Part shown: piece by piece, positions 49,061 through 62,745 of the stretch
Layout: each line of letters starts with the position of its first letter
How positions within the stretch are numbered: the first letter of the stretch is position 1
NCBI GenBank assembly: GCA_013239625.1
Contig: MU053561.1
Location: 2,826-66,825, forward strand
DNA length: 64,000 nucleotides
Origin: Lama guanicoe
Lineage: Eukaryota
Direction of reading: 5' to 3'
Position numbers and translations under genes: made by a program
Notes under the pieces: model-generated
What the model was told of the DNA's origin: nothing
Databases searched by the model: none
The model's input: only the letters and a program-made list of their open reading frames with translations

Positions 49061-50699
49061 CTAAAACCACAGAGCATGAGCCAGTCAGAGCCAGTCATGT
49101 AAGTCAGTGAGTGGACCCATTAGAGTTGTCTCAGGAATTCAGTCACACTGACAAGAAGGAACATGAAGCATTTTTTCCCTCTGCAATTATTTATAGAAAT
49201 GCTCTTTGCAACTTTTCAGGTAATCTTTCAGGAACTCTAATCTTTTTCTTGCTTGTCAATCAGAATATACTCGACTCCCTAGAGGCTTTGTTATTGCTAT
49301 GGTTTCAAGAGGAGAACCTTTCATTTGGAAGGCAGAGGGTCATCAAACGGTTTAGAACTCAGCATCCATGGTCACCATCCCCTGTCCCTGGGCTCTTCCA
49401 CTTAGACTGCTCTCCCAGAGGGCTTTGCTAGTCCCTTGCCTTTCTTGCTGTTTGAATTTAGAGTGTTCTTTCCATTTAGGTTGCTGAAAAGGAATATCCA
49501 TTTGGACAGAAATGTTCTCCTCCTTTACAGCCAATGACCCACAGACTGTCCTGAACCTGGGCTACCGACCCAGAGTTCTATCCAGTTTTCCCATGGCCCC
49601 ATGCAGAAAGCAGACATTTAATCTATGGACCGGGTTCTGGCCCAGCTTTCCTTCTCTGAGGTCCTTAGGAATGAGTGTCCTGGCACTAGCTTGAAGCGGG
49701 TAAGGTATCACCAGCTTATTTATAGCTCACAACAGCTGTCTTTGGATGTCTGAGGATTACAAATTTGGGGGCAGTATCAGGTGCTGAGTGATCTTAATTC
49801 CGGTTTGGTTTTATTCCTGTTTTAAGCCATTTGTTGAGAACCGTGGACCATCTTCTTATTCTCAGGGCAGAGAACAATACTGAACCTTCGTGGACTCATG
49901 ATAAATCAAAGCTGCTCTATCCAAGCCCAGTAGTACTTTAATATTTGGCTCAGAAGGTTGTGTCCATGATGACCAAATGGAGCTTCCCTAAAGGTTATGG
50001 GGACACTACTCAGCATTGTCCCAGACGCTGTATTTATCTGAAGCTCCCATGTAATTATACAGCCGCTTGGGGGTAGCAGGGACTTGGCTGTACAAGTGAC
50101 ACAAGTCAAGGGAATAACCTAAGACCCCTAAATACGCAGACCTCAGGAATCATCAACTTTTACTTTGACTCCCTATTTCCTTGATGAATGCAACAGACAA
50201 CAGCTAACTACAATATCTTGAGATTGGAAGTTACATATTTTCTTAGTAACTCAGCCAGGAATGCCTGATTTAATAGGCTACAGCTGTTGTGAAGTCAGAA
50301 GCGCCCTGAACTTGATTCCAGAAGATGTGGGCTCTGCCACTCATTTGAGAACACTTTAACACTCTGTACCCTAGTTTTCTCATTTCCAAAAATAGGCTAA
50401 TGCCACCTAATTAAGTTGAAATGACATAAATTTTTTAATAAAGCACTACACAAATCTCAAGATTTATAACTCAATTGTTATTGTAAGTTTTCCTAAAATA
50501 TGTTAGCTCACCTATGCCTTAGTAAGTATTTAATAATACCAGCATGTTGTATATAGTTGAGTCTAGTCTGAGTATTCTGATATTGCTGGACTATCATTCT
50601 AAGTATCAAGAAATACTGCAGAGATAGAAGGAATGCCAGGTCAGACTGAATGTGTACTGAGTTTATGATATAATCTGAAAATTATTTTTAATAACAATT

Positions 50700-51350
50700 T
50701 CAACACTTGTCATTTAAAACTAAGAATTTCTGAATTATAAAAACTATAAATTATAAAAGTAACCATCCTAACAATACAGAAGTAAAGAAAGAAAAAAAAA
50801 ATACGCCTACCCCTCGCACAAACTCCAATCTCATTCCCCTGATACAAGCAATGTTTAAGAGTTTTGTATGTAACCCTGCAGTTTTTTTTTCTATATTCAA
50901 GCAAATACATGTACATATAGACTGTTTGTCTTTACCCAAAGGGGTTTATACTATAAGCATCAACCAATACTTTTTCCTCTTACTCAGTCTATCAGGAACA
51001 TTCCATCAGGATAATAATACAGAGTTAACTCATTCTTTTTAATGACTGCATAATGTTCCACAGTGTTAATATCAAAATGTCTTTAACCACTGCCCTACTG
51101 ATAAATAGTTGCTCCAATTTTTTTTGCCATTACAAATAATGATGCAAATATCATTATACATTTATCCTTTCATATCCATACTTTTATTTGTGAGGACTAG
51201 AATCCTTGTAGGGATTATTTGATCAAAGGAAATGCTTATTTTTTTACTTTGATAGGTAGTGCTACATTCCAAAAATGTTAGCACAATTCACACTCTCACA
51301 AGCAATATATGAGAGTGCCCATTTCCCCCAAACTCTATGTCAGCCCTTGA
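50700..51350 (-). mobile_element. Old L1M 3' remnant
   Basis: gccattacaaataatg...agcaatatatgagagtgcccatttcccc; boundaries approximate. Confidence 0.6.
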
Positions 51351-51607
51351 TGTCATCAGTAGATTATTGAGGAAGTTTATAAGCTTGGGTCCGATGAATT
51401 TACCAATCTATATCCAGGTCTCTCAGACTTAGTAACAGGCAAAGAGCCCAAGGGAAAGAAAGCACATTGTTTCAGTTCCTGAATTGGATGCAATATTCAA
51501 ATACTGGAGACAAGGTTAAGGAATTTGGTTCCAAACCTACTGCTCTCAGTTAATGAGCCAGACTCTGGAAAGGACCAAGAGCTCAACTAGTTCAAACTGC
51601 CACTCAC

Positions 51608-51684
51608 CATGTTTTGTCCAGATGCTGTTTCTTGTCCTGGAGTTCTCGTTTCAGGCTCTCTACTTCAACCTTCAGCTCGATGTT
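51608..51684 (-). CDS. PDE4DIP: Long-isoform exon NIELKVEVESLKRELQDKKQHLDKT (end of CM1 region)
   Basis: TTTGCAG acceptor, TG|GTGAGT donor, 77 nt, phase 0 to 2. Confidence 0.95.
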
Positions 51685-52000
51685 CTGCAAAGCACACAGG
51701 AATTAATCATCATTAACTGCCATAGACCCTCTATCCTGGAACCAAGTTCCTACTTGAGTCTTGCATTACTCCACAGATTCTCATCTCATCTTAGCCCTCT
51801 TCATAGACCTTGGCATAAATGAGGACTCAAATAGATCTGTAACCTAGTCAAAGATGAATAAACTGTACAGTGTCAAAACGTCCCAGAGCTACTAATCTGT
51901 TCTCCCACCTGGTTCATCACTGCCCCTGGATGATGAACACTGCCCAAGCCTGTTCACTCTCCAAAGCAGCAGAGGACAAAGTGCATATAAAAATAACTTC

Positions 52001-55000
52001 AAACTTCTGGTCAAGATGGTGGAGTAGTAGGACCACGAGTTCGCTTCCTCTCAAGATTATAACAAAATCACAACCCATCAGCAGACATCCTGAGCCCACA
52101 GCCACCTCTAGACATGCATCTAGACAAGGCTCTACTCACCAGAGGTCCAGGATCAAGCTTCACCCAGTAGTGGGCAGCACTGACTCCTCCTGCCAGGAAA
52201 CCCACACAAGCCTCTAGTCCAGCCTCACCCACCAGGGGCAGATACCAGAAGTAAGACAACAACAATCCCACAGCCAGTGGAAGGAGTCAAACGCAGGCCA
52301 GTCTCTAGCCTGGGGCCAACTGGACCCTGGCCCTTGAATGACAAGGGGAGAGCACACTGCTGGGACACACAGGATGTCTCTTACAAAGGGCCACTTCTCC
52401 AAGGTCAAGAAACATAACTAACCTATATAAAAATACAAATAGAAATTTAGACAAAATGAGATGGTAGAGAAATATGTTCCAAGCAAAGGCAGAAGATAAA
52501 AAATCTCAGAAAAGGAAGCAAGTGATGAGGAGATAGGCAATCTACCTGAGAGTTTAGATTAATGACTGTGAAGATGATCGGAGAACTCAAGAGGAGAGTA
52601 GATGTACATAGCAAAGTTTTTAGCAACAAGTTGGAAAATATGAAGAACACCCAAATAGAGCTGAAGAATACAATTATTGAAATGAGTAACACACTAGAAG
52701 GAACCAAGAATAGACTAAATGAGGCAGAAGAATGGATCAGTAAGCTAGAAGACAGAGTGGTGGAAATCACTACCATAGAACAAAAAACAGAGAAAAGAAT
52801 GGAAAGAAATGAGGAGAGTTTAAGAGACCTTGGGGATAATATGAAGCACACTAATATTCGCATTATAGGAGTCCCAGAAAAGAGAAGAGAGAAAGGACCT
52901 GAGAAATTATTTGAAGAGATAATAGTTAAAAACTTCCCTAACTTGGGAAAGGAAACAGTCACCTAAGTTCAGGAAGCACAGAGAGTCCCACACAGGATTA
53001 ACCCAAAGAGGAACACACTGAGGCACACAGTATCAAATTGACAAAAATTAAAGATATGGAAAAAATATTAAAATCAGCATGAGAAAAGCAACAAATAATA
53101 TACAAGGGAACTCCCACAAGATTATCAGCTGATTTTTCAGAACTCTACAGATCAGAAGGGAGTGGCATCATATATTTACAGTGATAAAAGTGAAAAACCT
53201 ACAACCATGAATACTCTACCCAGCAAGGCTCTCATTCAGATTTGGTGGAGAAATAAAAAGCTTCACAGATAAGCAAAAGTCAAAAGAATTCAGCACCACC
53301 AAAATAGTTTACAACAAATGTTAAAGGAACTTCTCTAGGTCAGAAAAAAAAAAGTCCACAACTAGAAACAAGAAAAGTAATCATGAGGGGAGGAGGGTAT
53401 GAATACAGGGTATCTAAAATGCATTTGAAATTAAGATATCAGCAACTTAAAACAATTATGTATATATAGTCTTCTGTACCAAAACCTCATGTAACCACAA
53501 ACCAAAAATCTATAATAGATATACACACAAAAAAGAAAGAGGAATCCAAATGTGACTCTATAGTCATCAAAACACAAGAGAAGAGAACAAAAACAAGGGG
53601 AAAAAAGCCTACGAAAACAAATCCAAAACAATTAACTAAATGGCAATAAGAACATAAATATTGATAATTACCTTATATGCAAATGGATTTAATACTCCAA
53701 CCAAAAGGCACAGACTAGCTGAATGGATACAAAAACAAGACCTATTCATATGCTATCTACAAGAGACCCCACTTAAGATCTAGAGACACATACAGGCTGA
53801 AAGTTAGGGGACGAAAAAGATATCCCATGCAAATAGAAACCAAAAGAAAGCTGGAGTAGCAATACTTACTACCAGACAAAATAGGTTTTAAAATAAAGAT
53901 TGTGAGACAAAGAAGGACACTACATAATGCTCAAGGGATCATTCCAAGAAGAAGATGTAACAATCGTAAATATATATGCACCCAGCATAGAAGTACTTCG
54001 ATACATAAAGCAACTATTGACATAAAAGGAGAAATTTACAATAACACAGTAATAGTGTGGGAACTTAATACCCCACTTACATCAATGGACAGATCATCCA
54101 GACAGAAAATCAATTAGGAAACGCAGGCCTTAAATGACGAATCAGACCAGATGGCCTTAATTGATATCCATAGAGCATTTCATCTGAAAGCAGCAGAATA
54201 CACATTCTTCTTAAGTGCACACAGAACATTGTCCACAACAGATCACATGCTGGCCCACAAAGCATGCCTCAGCAAATTTAAGAAAACTGAAACCATATCA
54301 AGCATCTTATCTGACCACAATGCTATGAGATTAGAAATAAACTACAGTGGGGGTGGGAGGGTGGGAAGGGACAGACTGGGATTTTAAAATGCAGAATAGA
54401 TGAACAAGATTATACTGTATAGCACAGGGAAATATATACAAGATCTTGTGGTAGCTCATAGCAAAAAAAAGATATGACAATGAATATATATGTTCATGTA
54501 TAACTGAAAAATTGCGCTCTACACTAGAATTTGACACAACATTGTAAAATGACTATCACTCAATAAAAAATTTAAAAAAAAGAAATCAACTACAGAAAAA
54601 AACTGCAAAAACTGTAAACACGTGAAGGCTAAACAATATGCTACGAAGCAACCGGTGGATCACTGAAGAAATCAATGAGGAAATCAAAAAATACTTAGAG
54701 ACAAATGAAAACAAAAACACAACGACCGAAAACCTCTGGGACACAGCAAAAGCAGTTCTCAGAGGGAAGTTTATAGCAATACAAGCTTACCTCAGGAAAC
54801 AAGAAAAATCTCAAATAAGAAACCTAAACTTACACCTAAAGCAACTGGAGAAAGAAGAACAAACGAAACCCAAAGTTAGCAGATGGAAAGAAAGCTAAAG
54901 ATTAGAACAGAAATGAATGAAATAGAGATGAAAAAATAAATAAAATAAAATGGAAAAGGTCAATGAAACTAAAAGGTGGATCTATGAGAAGATAACATTG

Positions 55001-58000
55001 ATAAACCTTCGGTCAGACTCGCCAAGAAAAAAGGGAAGAGGGCCCAAATTAATAAAATCAGAAATCAAAAAGAAGTTATAACTGATACCACTGAAATACA
55101 AGGAGTCATAAGAGTCTACTATGAGCAACTATATACCAACAAAAAGGACAACCTAGAAGAAATGGACAATTTCTTAGAAAGGTACACTTTGCCATGACTG
55201 AACCAGGAAGAAATAGAAAACATGAATAGATCAATTACCAGTACTGAAATGAAGTCAGTAATTTAAAAACTCCCAACAAACAAAAGTCCAGGGCCAGATC
55301 ACTTCACAGGTAAATTCTACCAAACATTCAGAGAAGAGTTAACATCTATCCGTCTGAAACTATTTCAAAAAATTACAGAGGAAGGAACACTTCCAAACTT
55401 ATTCTATGAGGCCATATCACCCTGATACAAAACCAGACAAAGATATCACATAAAAGAAAATTACAGGCCAATATCACTTACAAATATAGGTGCAAAAATC
55501 CTCAACAAATACTAGCAAATCAACTCCAACAATACATTAAAAAGATCATCATACACCATGATCAAGTGGGATTTACCCCAGGGATGCAAGGATTTTTCAA
55601 TATCCACAAAACAATCAATATGATATAGATACCACATTAACAAACTGAAGAATAAAAATCATGTGATCATCTCAATGGATGCAGAAATAGGTTTTGATAA
55701 AATTCAACATCCATTTATGATAAAAATGCTCTAGAAAGTGGGCATAAAGGGAACATACCTCAACATAATAAAGGCCATATATGACAAACTCACAGCTAAC
55801 ATCATAACTTAAATGGTGAAAAGCTGAAAGCATTTCTTCTATGATCAGGAACAAGACAAGGATGCCCACTCTTGCCACTTTTATTCAACATAGTTTTGGA
55901 AGTCCTAGCTACAGCCATCAGACAAGAAAAAGAAATAAAGGGAATCCAAATTGGAAAAGAAGTAAAACTGTCATTGTTTGCTGAAGATATGATACTATAC
56001 ATAGAAAATCCTAAAGAAGCAACCAGAAAACTACTAGAGCTCCTCAGTGAATTTGGTAAAGTTGCCAGATACAAAATTAATATACAGAAATCAGTTGCAT
56101 TCTATACACTAACAATGAAATAGCAGAAAAAGAAATTAAGGAAACATTCCCATTTATCATTGCATCAAAAAGAATAAAATACCTAGGAATAAACATATCT
56201 AAGGAGGCAAAAGACCTGCACTATGAAAACTATGACACTGATGAAAGAAATTGAAGACAACACAAATTGGTGGAAAGATATACAGTGTTCTTGGATTAGA
56301 ATAATCAATATTGCTAAAATGGTCATACTACCCCAGGCAATATACAGATTCAGTACAATCCCTATCAAATTACCAATGACATTTTTCATAAAACTGGAAG
56401 AAAAATGTTAAAATTTGTATGGAAACATAAAAGACCCCGAAGAGCCAAAAGAATCTTGAGAAAGAAGAATGGAGCTCAGGGAATCATGCTCCCTGACTCC
56501 AGCCTATACTACAAAGCTACAATAATCAAAGCAGTGTGATCCTGGCACAAAAACAGACACACAGATCAATGGAACAGGAATAAACCCACACACTTATGGT
56601 CAACTAATCTACAATAAAGGAAGCAAGAATATACAATGGAGAAAAAACAGTCTCTTCAATAAGTGGTGCTGGGAAAACTAAACAGCCATCTGTAAAAGAA
56701 TGAAATTAGAACATTCTCTAACACCATATACAATATTAAACTCAAAATGGATTAAAGACCTCAATGTAAGATCAGATACTATAAAACTCCTAGAGGAAAA
56801 CATAGGCAGAACACTCTTTGACATAAATCACAGCAATATTCTTTTCAAACTGGCTCCTGGAGTAATGGAAATAAAAGCAAAAATACACCAATGGAATCTA
56901 ATTAAACTTAAAAGCTTTTGAACAGCTAAGGATACCAGCAACAAAACGAAAAGACAGCCTACAGAATGGGAGAAAATACTTGCAAAAGGTGTGATCGACA
57001 AGGGAGTAACTTACAAATTATACACAAACAGCTCATACAGCTTAATATCAAAAAAACAAGCAATCCAAATCAAAAAATGGGCAGAAGATCTAAATAGACA
57101 TCTCTCTAAAGAAGACATCCAGATGGCTAACAGGCACATGAAAAGATGCTCAACATCACTAATTGTTAGAGAAATGCAAATTCAAACTACAATGAGATAT
57201 CACCTCACACCAGTCAGAACGGCCGTCATTAAGAAGTCTACAAATAATGAATGCTGGAGAGGGTGTAGAGAAAAAGGAACCCTCCTATACTGTTGGTGGG
57301 AATGTAAATTGGTGCAGCCACTATGGAGGACAGTATGGAGGTTCCCTAAAACACTAAGAGTAAACTTACCATGTGATCCAGCAATCCCACTCCTTAGCAT
57401 ATATCCAAAGAAAAATGTAATTCAAAAAAACACATGCACCCTAGTGTTCACAGCAGCACGATTTACAATAGCCAAGACGTAGAAACAACCTAAATGTCCA
57501 TTGACAGATGACTGGTATATATATATACAATGGAATACTACTCGGCCATAAAAAATAAAACAATGCTATTTGCAGCAACATGGTTGGACCTGGAGATTGT
57601 CATTCTAAGTGAAGGAAGCCAGAAAGAGAAAAAAAAATACTCTATGATATCACTTACATGTAAAATCTAAAAAAAAAAAAGACAAATGAACTTATTTATA
57701 AAACAGAAACAGACTCACAGACACAATAAACTTACGGTTACCAGAGGGGAAAAGGGGTGGAAAGGGATAAACTGGGAGTTTGAAATTTGCAGATACTAAC
57801 TACTACATATAAAGTAGGTAAACAAGTTCATACTGTATAGCACAGGAACTATATCCAATATCTTGCAGTAACCTATGATGAAAAAGAATATGGAAACAAA
57901 CATATGCATGTATATGTATGACTGAAACTCTATGCTGTACACCAGAAATTGACACAACATTACAAACTGACTATACTTCAATAAAAAGAGAATTCAAAAA

Positions 58001-58010
58001 AAGAAAAAAT
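52001..58010 (+). mobile_element. Near-full-length inactivated LINE-1, antisense to PDE4DIP
   Basis: 5' CAAGATGG motif at 52012; ORF1 remnants (~52457-53338); ORF2 endonuclease/RT remnants (~53640-57482) with stops and frameshifts; 3'UTR, AATAAA, A-tail; degenerate TSD aaataacttc/aataatttc. Confidence 0.95.
54348..54580 (+). mobile_element. 5'-truncated younger L1 3' end nested in ORF2 of the large L1
   Basis: TSD agaaat(a/c)aactacag at 54333-54347 and 54581-54595; AATAAA plus A-tail. Confidence 0.9.
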
Positions 58011-58110
58011 AATAATTTCTTCTGACTGATATAGGTCTGTTCCTGAAAACCAAATTGCTAATACAGAACTGTATTTTAAATATGCCTGGGGATTTTTTTT
58101 AAGTTACTTC

Positions 58111-58266
58111 ATTTTTTTATTTAAAAACATTATTTTCAGGGGGTAGGTATTTATATTTATTTACTTATTTTCACTTATTTATTTTTTCATTGGAGGTACT
58201 GAGGATTGAATCCAGGACCTCAAGCATGCTAAGCATGCACTCTACTACTGAGCTATACCCTACCCC
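58111..58266 (-). mobile_element. vic-1-like SINE
   Basis: Same tRNA-Ala head and T-rich tail on + strand. Confidence 0.85.
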
Positions 58267-59520
58267 AGACAGGGGGATTTAATTATTTTTTAATTATGTT
58301 GGGAGAATTTTTTTAAAACAATAGGCTGCCTTTATCATAAAACTGGATTTTCAAAAATTGGGTTTGCTTAAGATGAGAGGGGGTTCTGATGGGTAAATCT
58401 ATGAAGGGCACAATTTTTATTGAGGTGAAGCAGCAAAAATCAAGATTTTGACAAACAAAAAAAGGAAATGAAAACATCTCAAGTGAAGTAAAATATGAAC
58501 AAAAATTTGGTGAGATGTTGTGCATGAAGTGTCCGGTGAAGGTTAAGTGGCCTGGTGTGTGACAAGGAGTGAGATATCAGTATAGAAAATAGTTCACAAC
58601 TAGTTACGAAAGTCATGTGAAAAAGACTGACTGGTAACCAGTAGAGAACAGGAACTCCTCAGGGAGTTTTAGACAAAATATTGCCATGATCAGGTGTGTG
58701 TTGAGGAAGCAATTGAAGATGGATGTGAAGAAGATGAAGGAGTCAAGAGGCTGACCGACCAGAACAGGAATGGGAACTGTCTGAGGCCATAAAGGTACAG
58801 GGAGAAAAACTCAAAAGACATTTCAAAGGTAGAATCCATAGGGCTTCCTGGTTTGTGATAGATTCAGATTAGACCAGAGGGAAAAGCAAGAACAATGCTG
58901 AGATTTCAAGCATGTAGGAGGTTATGCAACCTAGGAAGTAAAACAAGGAGCAGAAAAAGAGGACCAGGTCTGCAGGGGAACCAACGGAGGAGTCTATAAA
59001 TTTTAGTTCAGGGATTTACTTTATTCAAGCCTAGAGTTGAGTGTACAGGGATGAGTCAGTCCCTTCTCTGATGAAGTCCGTTACATAGTATTAAGCAGGA
59101 AGAATTTTATGAATACAATGTTATGGACTTCATCATGTGAGCCTCATTTGGCTCATAGCTATAATGTGGTTGCTTTCTTCTGTAACAAAGACAATAATGC
59201 CTCTTCCGCAGGGGACCCTGCACAGATTAAACGAGATAATGTACAAAATACACCTACAACACCTCGAATGCTGCTCTGCCCACAGCTGTTTGACAACTTT
59301 TGTTCATTTCCCACTTTGTTCTCAGGTTGACCAGTGCCAGAGACCTCAGCCCCACCAGGAAAGATCTTTAAATCTAAAGCAAGAAAAAATGGAGGATGTA
59401 AACTATGTGGGCTTTATCAGCTCTAAATCCCAGATAAGAAAATGAAGTCAATATTTGGATTAATTTGGTGAAAGATTCATGGATTTGAAGACCTTAGCAT
59501 TTATCTGCTCCAGGTCCCTC

Positions 59521-59707
59521 GTTTTATTTTATTTTATATTTAATTTAATTTAATTTATTTTTTGTTTTTTGGGGGGGGTAATTAGGTTTATTTCTGTATT
59601 TCTGTATTTATTAATTTATTATTTATTTAATGGAGGTACTGGGGATTAAACCCAGGACCTCGTGCATGCTAAGCATGCGCTCTGCCACTGAACTATACCC
59701 TCCCCAG
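59521..59707 (-). mobile_element. vic-1-like SINE
   Basis: Same head; TSD ccaggtccctc at 59510-59520 and 59708-59718. Confidence 0.9.
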
Positions 59708-60817
59708 CCAGGTCCCTCATTTTAAAGATAAGGAAATTAAAACCCAGAAGGGTTCTTCTGAAATAAAAGCAATAACTGAATCTAGCATTCACTTTTGCTC
59801 TAGCATTTCAGCAAGAGACCTGCTCAGGAAACACTGCCAGGTTTTGCCTGATTTAGTAGAATGTGGTAAATTATAAAATTAGGGAGCATGCTACATTTCT
59901 TTGACACTTGAAAGAATATTGTGCAGGCAGTAAGTATAGTGGTCAAGAGCACAGGCCCTGAAGGTGAGAAGAGGGCTTGGCACTTCACCTGCCCTCCCTA
60001 TAAGCCTCAACCTCATCTATGAGGGGGGAATCATAATGGTACCTCTCTTATAAGGATGTTAAAAGACTAAATGAAATAATGCACAAAATCGTGTTGCACA
60101 GTGCCTAGCATGCAGTAAGCATTCAAAAACTGTTCGCTATTATTACTTATAAAGACAATAATTTACCCTCTCTGACTGGATAGTTGAAGTTCTCAGCCAT
60201 AATCACATATTAAATTAATAACATGTCATAGAAAGGAAAGAAAATTATTACACTAAAGGTGGGCTGTCCTGGCACCTGGATGCAAACAGGCACCCAGGCT
60301 GAACATTCTTCACATTAGCTTCATCCCTCTGAGAGAAGTAGAAAAGAGAAATGAAAAGCAGGGAAAGAAAAGAAAAAAAGAGAAAAGAGAAAAAATATAA
60401 TTACTTCTCTAGGCTCCAGCATTATGCCTATTCTATCAAATAGACCATAAGGTTTACACAGAACTGCTAAAGTAGTTTCATCCCACAAGATTAGATTCTG
60501 AATCTTATGATCAATTATATTCTGGTAGACCAAGGTAATTTTTCATGGCTATTACAAAACCTACCACGTAGAAGTGCAAGTACATTCCAATTTACAGCAT
60601 GAAATTCTAACCCTTTGTAACCTATTTCTGCAGAAGATCACTGCATAATCACATTGCTCCATTCTCCATGAGTAAATATTCATATACAAGCTGTTAAATT
60701 CTAACTATAGTTAAAGGGGATCTGAAATTAACTGCATTTGCTTATCTCATCAACAAATCTTGTCAGCTATTTGTCAAGATATCTAAGGAAATGTGTGTAC
60801 TCAAGGAAAGTGGTTGG

Positions 60818-60954
60818 AGGGGGAGGGTGTATGTGCCTAGCATGCACACATGAGGTCCTGGGTTCAATCCCCAGTATCTCTATTAAAATAAATAAATAAA
60901 TAAACCTAATTACCTACCCCCAACCCCTCCCTAAAAAAAACTATTAAAAAAGAA
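60818..60954 (+). mobile_element. vic-1-like SINE, head partly deleted
   Basis: gaggtcctgggttcaatccccagta, (taaa)n tail, TSD aaggaaag. Confidence 0.82.
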
Positions 60955-62324
60955 AAGGAAAGGGTGGCTGGGGAGGAGAGAGCCTCTTTTTCTACATGTC
61001 CCCATAGGAGGATTCACCCACCTAACTCAAGGAAAAGTTTCAATGATGATGCTGAAATTAAATTATAAGAAATACAATAACTTTCATTATAATGTTAATA
61101 CCTAGAACTAGAGGACTGGGCAAACAATGGGTTACAGGTTAACTGCGTTTAATTGCATTTTCTCTGTGTTGGCAGCTTGTTTTGTTTCAGGAAACATCAT
61201 TGACCAGAGTCTTAATACTGATCTCTGTTAAACTGCTGAACTGATTTCCACACTGGCGTTTACTGCAAAGTTCAGTATTGAATTGGGTTAAAAGAAACCA
61301 GTAACCAATTACCTGATTGCTTTCCAAGGATCCAATTTTTTTTCAAAGATTCTATCCTTTTATTTGGCATGTCATACCTTTTTCCCTGCTTCCAGTTTTT
61401 TTGAGATATAATTGACACACAGCATTGTATAACTTCAAAGTGTACAGCATGATTTGACTCACATACATCATGAAATATTTACCAAAATAAGTTCAGTAAA
61501 CATTCATCAACTCATATAGACACGAAATTAAAGAAACAGAAAAAAGTTTTTCTCGTCTTCAGTTTTAACTCTATAAATTGATCCACTGCTCACATAATCC
61601 ACAATGTGGCTATCCCTTCTAAAAACATAGATTTTCAAAATTTTGCTGCAGTAGAAGCCATGATACAATGAATCCTAAAAAACACCATTTTTTTAAAAAT
61701 CAAAAGAAAAATGGTTTCACCTGACCAACTTGAAAAGATCTTAATGCAAAATGTATCAATCCTTTCAACACTAGATTTTGAAGCATTATTACCCACTATA
61801 TTAACTACATCAAAAGTTTGCACACTGTCCCCCACAAATAGTCCACAAGACACTTCTAGGAATGGGGGAGGGAGAAGTTTAAAATGAAAAAGAGTGGTCC
61901 CAGCCAGGGAGTGTTAAAGGGTCTGCTCTGACTCTTGGCCCCTCTTCTCCACACTTAACAACACTCTTAATGTGGAAAGGGATTATACGGGTCTTGTGGG
62001 GAAGAAGGAAGATGTCTAACATGCCTTTCTTATACTTAGAATGCTTGCAGTCCAGTTGAGAAGAACAAAACTTCAAGATATGGATTTAAAATGCCAAAGG
62101 TGATCCCTGATGAGGAAGTTCAGATACAGCCTAACCAGGGAAGGTTGAATGTGTGAGAAAGATACACAAGGGTAGAGAAGGTCACTGTAGATGAGGAAGT
62201 ATGGTATTAAGATAGAAGTTGCCATACAATCCAAATGTACGAACGCCATTCAGTAGCTCGCTTACTTTAAGCATAAATATTTGATCTAGCAAAATTTTAG
62301 AATAACTTTCAAAATTTCATGCAT

Positions 62325-62745
62325 TGATTGATAAATGGATAAACAAAATGTGGTATATCCATAAAATAGAATGTCATTTAGCCATAAAAAGGAATGATAC
62401 AACATGGGTGAACCTTGAAAACATTATGCCAAGTGAAAGAAGTCAGACACAAAGAACCACACACTGGTTGATTCCACTTATATGAAATGTCCAGAATAGG
62501 TAAATCCACAGAGAAATAAAGTAGACTGGTGGTTGACTAGGGCTGGGGGGTGGGAGGTAGGGGAATTGGGGAGTGATGGTTAATGGGCTGGGGGTATCGT
62601 TTTGGAGTGATTAAAAAATTGATTGCTGTGCTATTTTCACAACTCTGTGGCTGTTCTAGAAACACTGATGTGTACATTGAATTGTATACTTTAAGTGAAT
62701 GAATTACATTGCTATGTGAATTTTATTTCAGTTGTTATTAAAAAT
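62325..62745 (+). mobile_element. Old L1MB-like 3' end
   Basis: aaatggataaacaaaatgtggtatatccat...gaaagaagtcagacacaaa; boundaries approximate. Confidence 0.7.

Noticed and set aside
52447..57482. Multiple 60-170 aa ORFs on both strands
   Set aside because: Fragments or antisense shadows of degenerate L1 ORF1/ORF2; no intact reverse transcriptase
59631..59705. tRNA-Ala(AGC)-like sequence
   Set aside because: It has a SINE tail and TSD, an altered T-loop (GTTTAAT) and several dispersed relatives, so it is a SINE head rather than a tRNA gene
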